Of a stretch of 14,760 bases of DNA, positions 8,416 through 14,760 are shown in pieces; the stretch's first letter is position 1; each line of letters starts with the position of its first letter. The DNA is from a bacterium. GTDB lineage: Bacteria; Zhuqueibacterota; Zhuqueibacteria; Zhuqueibacterales; Zhuqueibacteraceae. Location of the stretch: contig JBIOXB010000173.1 in assembly GCA_044869275.1 (NCBI GenBank), positions 1 to 14,760 on the forward strand, given 5' to 3'. The position numbers and the translations under genes are program-made. A model generated the notes under the pieces. The model did not search any database. It was not told the DNA's origin and saw only the letters and a program-made list of their open reading frames with translations.

Positions 8416-10806
8416 GTGTTCAAAAGCTTCGTCAAAATCGCGGTTAGAAATCTGCTCCGGCACAAGGGATATTCCTTCATCAACATCGCCGGTTTGGCGG
8501 TCGGCATAACTTGCTGCCTGCTCATTTTGCTCTTTGTACAGGATGAACTCAGCTATGATCGCTACCACGAAAAGGCGGGTCGTATTTATCGCCTGATGGT
8601 GGAAAACCAGGCGGAAGGCCGGGTTTTTAATAATGCCTTGAGCTCTGCGCCGATGGTTCCGGCGCTGCTCCGCGATTATCCGGAAATCAACAGCGCAGTC
8701 AGATTTTATCCCGTCGATGCCAGTGTGCTGGTGAGCCACGCTGACAAACAATTTTACGAAGAACGCTTTTTTTACGCCGACGCTGCCGTATTTGAGGTGT
8801 TCACGTTTCCTTTCCTTAAGGGCGATCCTCAAACTGCGCTCACCGAACCGAACACCGTCGTTCTCACGGAAGAAATGGCGCACAAGTTTTTTGGCCAGGA
8901 AGACCCGATCGACAAAATCATCCGAGTGAATCAGGAAAGTAAATACCTCGTTACCGGCGTCATCAAAAACAATCCCAACAATTCGCATCTGCGCTTTGAT
9001 TTTCTGGCCTCTTTCGCCAGCCTCGATAATATATTGGGAGAGGCGTTAAACAGTTGGACTTATAATCCATTCTTCAGCTATTTGCTCCTGCCACAAAATT
9101 ATCCGGTGCACGAATTGGACAACAAAATCGCATCTTTGTTCGACCGGAACATCGGGGAGCAATTGCAGACGTTGGGATGGCGTTTGCGGCCATTCTTGCA
9201 GCCCTTGACCGAGGTGCATCTGCATCCTCTCGGCAACGAGCACGAAGCGCAAGGTGATATGCGTTCCGTTTACATTTTTTCCGCCATCGCGCTGTTCATT
9301 CTGTTGATTGCGTGCATCAACTTCATGAATCTGGCCACGGCGCGCTCCGAAATTCGCGCCCGCGAAGTGGGCATGCGAAAAGTATTGGGGTCGCGGCAAC
9401 GCCAGCTCGTAGCGCAGTTCGTCGGCGAATCCATTTTGATGGCGATCATGGCGACATTTATTGCCATAGTTCTGATAGAGTTGATCCTGCCCTCATTTAA
9501 TGCCATCGCCCATCGAGAGTTGGCGGTTGACTACCGCAGCAACTGGCCGTTCGTAGCGGGATTGCTCGGGCTGACGTTGTTCGTCGGTGTGCTGGCCGGC
9601 AGTTATCCCGCATTTTTTCTTGCCGCCATTCAACCGCTGGAAGTGCTCAAAAGCCGAACCGGCGCCGGCTTGCGCAACTTTCTTTCCCGCAAAGTGCTGG
9701 TGGTGTTCCAATTCAGCATTTCGATCATTTTGATTATCGGCACGCTCGTCGTTTACCGCCAGCTCGATTTCATGCGCAACAAGAAATTGGGCTTCAATCA
9801 AGAGCAGGTGGTCGTCGTCCCGATCAAGAATGCGGCATTGCTGAGCCAGCGCAAAACGCTCAAGAATGCGCTCCTGCAAAATTCGACAATTTCTCGAGTG
9901 ACCTTCACCTCGCGTTATCCGGGCATCGGCACCTGGGGCACCGTGGCACGGCGGCAAGATCGACCCGAGGTGCAGGTAACGGATATGAAAGTTTTCCTCG
10001 CCGATTTCGATTATATCGAGACTTTGGGCATTACACTGGCCGCAGGCCGAAGCTTCTCGCAGCAAATGGATGCCGATACGACGCGCGATTTGGTCCTCAA
10101 TGAAACCGCCGTGCGCGCCTTGGGATGGACGCCGGAGGAAGCGGTCGGCAAAACCATCGACTATTTCGACAATCGCAACGGCACGATCGTCGGCGTGGTG
10201 AAAGACTTTCATTTCCAGACGCTGCACATGGGCATGCAACCGCTGCTGCTGACGCTCGCACCGGAGGGATATGGTTATGCGATGATGCGAATCGCGGCGC
10301 ACGACCTCGGCCGTACGCTTGATGAGATCAAGCGCATTTGGATCGGTTTTGCGCCAGAATGGCCTTTCGACTATTTGTTTTTGGATGATAATTTCGGCAA
10401 GCAATATCGGGCGGAGCAACGCATGGGCAAAATCTTCGGCGCGTTTGGCGCCATCGCCATCGTGATTGCCTGTCTGGGATTGTTTGGCCTCGCTTCCTTT
10501 ACCGCAGGACGGCGAACCCGGGAAATCGGCATTCGCAAGGTGTTGGGGGCAACGGCCTCCGGCATCGTTCATTTGCTTTCCCGAGAATTTGTCAAATTGG
10601 TGCTCATTGCCAATCTCCTCGCCTGGCCTGTGGCCTACTTAATCATGAACCAATGGCTGCAAGATTTTGCGTATCGTGTTGGCATCAACTGGTGGGTGTT
10701 TGCGCTTGCGGGTGGATTGGCGTTGATCATCGCGCTGCTGACGGTGAGCACGCAGGCGATTAAAGCCGCGCTAGCGAATCCGGTCGAAGCGCTGCGCTAC
10801 GAGTAA
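8416..10806 (+). CDS. ABC transporter permease 4, MacB/FtsX family, 796 aa
   Basis: Start reassigned to GTG 8416 (SD AAGGAG; MFKSFVKIAVRNLLRHK). Motifs [51 protein letters not shown]. Confidence 0.95.
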   Translation: MFKSFVKIAVRNLLRHKGYSFINIAGLAVGITCCLLILLFVQDELSYDRYHEKAGRIYRLMVENQAEGRVFNNALSSAPMVPALLRDYPEINSAVRFYPVDASVLVSHADKQFYEERFFYADAAVFEVFTFPFLKGDPQTALTEPNTVVLTEEMAHKFFGQEDPIDKIIRVNQESKYLVTGVIKNNPNNSHLRFDFLASFASLDNILGEALNSWTYNPFFSYLLLPQNYPVHELDNKIASLFDRNIGEQLQTLGWRLRPFLQPLTEVHLHPLGNEHEAQGDMRSVYIFSAIALFILLIACINFMNLATARSEIRAREVGMRKVLGSRQRQLVAQFVGESILMAIMATFIAIVLIELILPSFNAIAHRELAVDYRSNWPFVAGLLGLTLFVGVLAGSYPAFFLAAIQPLEVLKSRTGAGLRNFLSRKVLVVFQFSISIILIIGTLVVYRQLDFMRNKKLGFNQEQVVVVPIKNAALLSQRKTLKNALLQNSTISRVTFTSRYPGIGTWGTVARRQDRPEVQVTDMKVFLADFDYIETLGITLAAGRSFSQQMDADTTRDLVLNETAVRALGWTPEEAVGKTIDYFDNRNGTIVGVVKDFHFQTLHMGMQPLLLTLAPEGYGYAMMRIAAHDLGRTLDEIKRIWIGFAPEWPFDYLFLDDNFGKQYRAEQRMGKIFGAFGAIAIVIACLGLFGLASFTAGRRTREIGIRKVLGATASGIVHLLSREFVKLVLIANLLAWPVAYLIMNQWLQDFAYRVGINWWVFALAGGLALIIALLTVSTQAIKAALANPVEALRYE

Positions 10807-10809
10807 AGA

Positions 10810-10872
10810 AGTAATCAGTAAACAGTGATCAATATTCTGTAACTGATCACTGAAAGCTGAACACTGAATACT
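10810..10872. repeat. Heptamer-periodic inverted repeat of a second sequence family (spacer 4)
   Basis: AGTAATC AGTAAAC AGTGATC AATATTC | TGTAACT GATCACT GAAAGCT GAACACT GAATACT; perfect 9-bp stem CAGTGATCA 10823-10831 / TGATCACTG 10844-10852; followed directly by SD GGAG 10873-10876. Confidence 0.85.
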
Positions 10873-10882
10873 GGAGTTACCC

Positions 10883-13270
10883 ATGCTCAACAACTACCTC
10901 AAAATCGCGCTGCGAAATTTGCTGAAGCACAAAGGATATTCTTTTATCAATGTTGCCGGCCTCGCCCTTGGCATGACTTGCTGCATCTTGATTCTTCTGT
11001 TTGTGCAAGACGAGCTGAGCTATGACAAATATCATGAAAATGCCGCTCGAATTTATCGGATCGTCAGGATACATAACGAAGATAATACGCGCAGCAGCGC
11101 AAAGATCGGCGCGCCGTGGGCTCCGGTTCTGCAAAACGATTATCCGGAAGTGTCGGGTTTTGTCAGATTTCGTTCCTGTGGCCGGCCTTTGCTCGGCTAC
11201 CTTGATAAACAGTTTTATGAGGAAAACGGATTATTCGCCGATTCCACCCTTTTTACGGTGTTCTCTTTTCCGCTGCTCAAAGGCGATCTCAAAGCTGCGC
11301 TCGCCAAGCCGAATACCGTGGTGATCACGGAGGCGATGGCGCAAAAGTATTTTGGCAATGAAGACCCGATCGGCAAAACCCTGACTCTCAATAACAAATC
11401 CGAGTTGCAAGTAACCGGTGTGGCAAAAAACCTCCGGCGCAATTCCCATTTCCGATTTGATTTTCTCATCTCATTTGCAACATACAATGACTGGGATCTC
11501 AAGGAATGGCACATGAATAATTTCCACACCTATTTATTGCTGGCTCAAGATCATATCGCTCCGGCATTGGAAAGAAAATTTCCTGATTTTTTCGCAAAGC
11601 ACCTGGGCGAGCAAACGCCCTCCGCCTTCACCGTTCGCCTGCAACCCCTCACCACGATTCATCTTCATTCGCATTTGTTCGGGGAGTTTGAGCCGAATGG
11701 CAATATGGCTTATGTGTATATCTTCTCGGCCATCGCTCTCTTCGTCCTGCTCATCGCCTGCGTCAACTTTGTCAATTTAGCCACGGCAAGAGCGGCGCGC
11801 CGTGCACAGGAAGTCGGTTTGCGCAAAGTCGTCGGCGCGCAGCGTTCGCAGTTGATGCGACAGTTTTTAGGTGAATCCGGTCTGCTGAGTTTTCTTGCGC
11901 TCTTGCTCACGCTTGGATTGGTTGAGTTATTCCTGCCCGCATTCAATAGCCTTTCCGGCAAGGAATTGCGCCTCGATTATGGGAATAATCCGGTGCTCGC
12001 TCTCGGATTGATCGGCATGGCTTTGCTCGTCGGCCTCGTTGCGGGAGCTTATCCGGCTTTCTTTTTATCCTCTTTCCGGCCGGTGGCGGTGTTGAAGGGA
12101 ATGCCGAAAACCGGCTTTTCCGGCTCGCTATTGCGCAAAGGTTTGGTGGTCGCGCAGTTTGCCATTTCTGTGATGTTGATCATCGCAACCGGCGTCGTGC
12201 TTCGACAATTACAATACCTCAGCGGCAAAAATCTCGGTTTCAATAAGGAGCAGGTGCTGGTCATTCGGATGCAGGGCGAAGCCGTGCGGCAAAAGTATCA
12301 ATCGTTCAGAAATGAGTTGTTGCAACATCCGGAAGTTGCCGGCGTGGCGGCGGCCTCAGGCAAGTTGGGCGGCGGCGAATGGGGCACGGGGTTTGGGTAC
12401 GAAGGCGCGCAAAATAATGAAAGGCTTCGCGCGTCCTTTCTGGCCGTGGATTATGATTACCTCGGAACCCTCCAAATCAAAATCGTTGCAGGAAGAGATT
12501 TCTCCCGAAACTTTGCCACCGATGCTTCCGAGGCGTATATCATCAATGAAACTGCAGCACGGCAGTTCGGCTGGGACGATCCAATCGGCAAATATATTGA
12601 CAGACCGACGCGCAATACCGACGGTAACTGGGGTTCGCAGCGTGGCCGGGTCGTCGGCGTCGTGCAGGATTTTCATTTCAGGTCATTACACGAAACGATA
12701 AGCCCGATGGTGATGTTCATTCAACCCAGCTTCTTCGGGTCGATTTATGTGCGAATCCAACCATCTGCTCTCTCGGCCACGCTGGCCCGCCTCGAAGAGA
12801 AATGGCGCGCCTTCGAGCCGAACTTGCCGTTCGATTACTCTTTTCTCGACGCGGGCTTCGATCAAATGTATCGCGCCGAGCAGCGCCTGGGAAAAGTCTT
12901 TGGCGCTTTTTCCTTTCTTGCCATCTTTATCGCTTGCCTGGGTTTATTCGGTCTCGCCTCTTTTACGGCCGAACAACGCACCAAAGAAATCGGCGTGCGC
13001 AAAGTGCTGGGCGCGACCGTCTCCGGCATTGTGCTGATGATCTCAAAAGAGTTCACCAGGCTGGTGCTGGTTGCGATTGTTGTTGCCACCCCTGCCGCCT
13101 ATTATTTGATGAACCGGTGGTTGCAAGACTTTGCCTATCGCACGGAAGTCGGTTGGTGGGTGATCGCATCAGCAGGTGGGCTGGCGCTGGTGATTGCGCT
13201 CGCCACCGTGAGCACGCAAGCGATCAAAGCGGCACTCACGAACCCGGTTGAAGCTTTGAGATATGAATAA
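10883..13270 (+). CDS. ABC transporter permease 5, MacB/FtsX family, 795 aa
   Basis: [78 protein letters not shown] upstream. Confidence 0.95.
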   Translation: MLNNYLKIALRNLLKHKGYSFINVAGLALGMTCCILILLFVQDELSYDKYHENAARIYRIVRIHNEDNTRSSAKIGAPWAPVLQNDYPEVSGFVRFRSCGRPLLGYLDKQFYEENGLFADSTLFTVFSFPLLKGDLKAALAKPNTVVITEAMAQKYFGNEDPIGKTLTLNNKSELQVTGVAKNLRRNSHFRFDFLISFATYNDWDLKEWHMNNFHTYLLLAQDHIAPALERKFPDFFAKHLGEQTPSAFTVRLQPLTTIHLHSHLFGEFEPNGNMAYVYIFSAIALFVLLIACVNFVNLATARAARRAQEVGLRKVVGAQRSQLMRQFLGESGLLSFLALLLTLGLVELFLPAFNSLSGKELRLDYGNNPVLALGLIGMALLVGLVAGAYPAFFLSSFRPVAVLKGMPKTGFSGSLLRKGLVVAQFAISVMLIIATGVVLRQLQYLSGKNLGFNKEQVLVIRMQGEAVRQKYQSFRNELLQHPEVAGVAAASGKLGGGEWGTGFGYEGAQNNERLRASFLAVDYDYLGTLQIKIVAGRDFSRNFATDASEAYIINETAARQFGWDDPIGKYIDRPTRNTDGNWGSQRGRVVGVVQDFHFRSLHETISPMVMFIQPSFFGSIYVRIQPSALSATLARLEEKWRAFEPNLPFDYSFLDAGFDQMYRAEQRLGKVFGAFSFLAIFIACLGLFGLASFTAEQRTKEIGVRKVLGATVSGIVLMISKEFTRLVLVAIVVATPAAYYLMNRWLQDFAYRTEVGWWVIASAGGLALVIALATVSTQAIKAALTNPVEALRYE

Positions 13271-13293
13271 TAAAACGTATTAGAAAAATCGCG

Positions 13294-14544
13294 GTGAAGA
13301 AAATGCGATACATGTTCCACATTATGATGCTGTGCTTAATTTCATGCTCACATTCAACCCAAACCATATCTTTTTCCTGGCCACAGTGGCGCGGGCCAAA
13401 TCAAGATGGAATTTCGTTAGAAACCGGCATTTTAACGTCGTGGCCGGAAGGCGGCCCAAAAGAAATTTGGCGAGTCCCGGCTGGCGAAGGGTATTCCGGC
13501 ATATCAGTCCTTAATGGCCGGCTTTATACGCAATATGCAGATAGTACACGTGAATTTCTTGTTTGTTTAAATGCGGAGAACGGGGCTGAGTACTGGCGTG
13601 TTCAGATTGATTCTTTATTCAAGAACGAGTATGGAAATGGATCCCGGTCAACGCCAACAATCGATAATGGAGTGGTTTATGCCCTGAGTCCCTACGGAAA
13701 ACTGTTTGCAGTCGATGCGGTTACCGGCACCACAAGCTGGACTATTGATCTAGTTGAAAAATACCACGCAAAAGTACCTTACTGGGGAGTCAGTACTTCG
13801 CCAGTTGTCAATCGGGAAATGCTGATCATTAATAATTGTGGTACGATTGGAAATGGGGTGATCGCCCTCAACAAATCAACCGCTAAGCTTATCTGGAAAT
13901 CCGAAACCGAAACCGATAGTTATTCGACGCCACTTATCGTAGAAATAGGGAACGTTGAACAAGCGGCCGTTTTCAAGGCAGATGCCGTGATCTCTGTTTC
14001 TACCAAAGATGGTACAAGATTGTGGGATTACGCCTGGCGATCCAACATGGGACAGAGCAACGCCACGCCCATTTTTCAGGCACCAGACAAGATATTCATC
14101 TCTTCCTATAGCGACTCAATGAGTGCGTTTGTTCAAATCATTGCTGACAGCAACCAATTCAAAGTGAAAACTCTCTGGCAATACAACAAGATGTGGAACC
14201 ATCATTCTACCTCAATCCTCATTGGCGAGTATATTTATGGTTTCCATAGAGATATATTGAAATGCCTGGATGCAGAAACTCATGAAGAAAAATGGGCGAA
14301 ACGTGGTATGGGACATGGAACATTGACGTATGCCGATGGGCACTTTTTTCTGCTTGGCGAAAAAGGGCAATTAGCATTAATCGAAGCAACACCGACTGAC
14401 TATGTGGAAAAAGGCATTGTTGAGATTCTTGGCAAAAAATGCTGGACCGTTCCAACCTTATCAAATGGCTATCTCTATGTCAGAGACGAAAAAGTCATCA
14501 TCTGTCTCGACGTCAAAAACAGAAGGCGGATATCGAGTCTATAG
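13294..14544 (+). CDS. PQQ-binding-like (BamB-like) beta-propeller repeat protein, probable lipoprotein
   Basis: N-terminal WPQWRGPNQDG motif, repeated blades (LVCLNAENGAEYW, STPTIDNGVVY, LFAVDAVTGTTSW, LKCLDAETHEEKW) and C-terminal WTVPTLSNGYLYVRD; lipobox LISC (Cys codon 13345-13347). The start could be GTG 13294 or ATG 13303 (GGTGA upstream). Confidence 0.85.
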   Translation: MKKMRYMFHIMMLCLISCSHSTQTISFSWPQWRGPNQDGISLETGILTSWPEGGPKEIWRVPAGEGYSGISVLNGRLYTQYADSTREFLVCLNAENGAEYWRVQIDSLFKNEYGNGSRSTPTIDNGVVYALSPYGKLFAVDAVTGTTSWTIDLVEKYHAKVPYWGVSTSPVVNREMLIINNCGTIGNGVIALNKSTAKLIWKSETETDSYSTPLIVEIGNVEQAAVFKADAVISVSTKDGTRLWDYAWRSNMGQSNATPIFQAPDKIFISSYSDSMSAFVQIIADSNQFKVKTLWQYNKMWNHHSTSILIGEYIYGFHRDILKCLDAETHEEKWAKRGMGHGTLTYADGHFFLLGEKGQLALIEATPTDYVEKGIVEILGKKCWTVPTLSNGYLYVRDEKVIICLDVKNRRRISSL

Positions 14545-14627
14545 TCGCTCCCGGCCAGCCTGTTTGACTCGATCGCTAAAATTACTGGCTGAAGCGAACA
14601 ATAATCCAATCAAAAGAAGCAACGAAA

Positions 14628-14760
14628 ATGAAGAGGCGATTTTTATTTGCTTGTAGCTTGCCGTGCATAGCTTTGCTATCCTTTGGCTGGAGCTTCACTC
14701 ACAAATCCGCCGATATTGATAAACGCATTGCCTTTGTGCGCCATCAAATTTCGGAAGGCG
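14628..14760 (+). CDS. Secreted protein, N-terminal fragment (runs off the right edge), function unknown
   Basis: Manual translation MKRRFLFACSLPCIALLSFGWSFTHKSADIDKRIAFVRHQISEG; basic N-region plus hydrophobic stretch; open to the window end; not in the ORF track. Confidence 0.65.
   Translation, partial: MKRRFLFACSLPCIALLSFGWSFTHKSADIDKRIAFVRHQISEG

Noticed and set aside
9493..10572. Long antisense ORFs (359 aa here; also 8194..8988, 7589..8278, 5807..6505 and others)
   Set aside because: Expected shadows of GC-rich coding sequence; they recur at equivalent positions of the paralogs and carry no domain signal.
3347..10872. Spacers as integron attC sites, CRISPR repeats or intrinsic terminators
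   Set aside because: No RYYYAAC/GTTRRRY ends and no integrase in view; no repeat-spacer array or cas gene; no poly-U tail after the stems.
920..13270. Assigning the symbol macB, lolC/E or ftsX
   Set aside because: The proteins lack the fused ATPase of MacB and have a doubled architecture; only family-level assignment is supported.
14532..14573. 8-bp inverted repeat ATCGAGTC/GACTCGAT around the propeller gene stop
   Set aside because: 26-nt loop and no U-tract; not convincing as a terminator.

Overview
Bacterial window dominated by a tandem array of five co-oriented, about 800-aa MacB/FtsX-type (type VII) ABC permease paralogs (920-13270). No ATPase, periplasmic adaptor or TolC gene is present in the window. 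Each of the four spacers between permeases is almost entirely a hairpin built from 7-nt tandem units and their reverse complements, running from the stop codon to the next Shine-Dalgarno; three spacers use a GCAnnGn unit and one uses an unrelated AGTnAnC unit. Upstream, a divergent minus-strand gene missing from the ORF track (<1-668) encodes a signal peptide plus two-component-regulator beta-propeller repeats. The region between them holds a sigma-54-like -24/-12 element and a 32-bp palindrome at enhancer distance. Downstream are a lower-GC PQQ-like beta-propeller lipoprotein gene and the start of another secreted protein. The gene content suggests an FCB-group/KSB1-like organism, but that is inference only.
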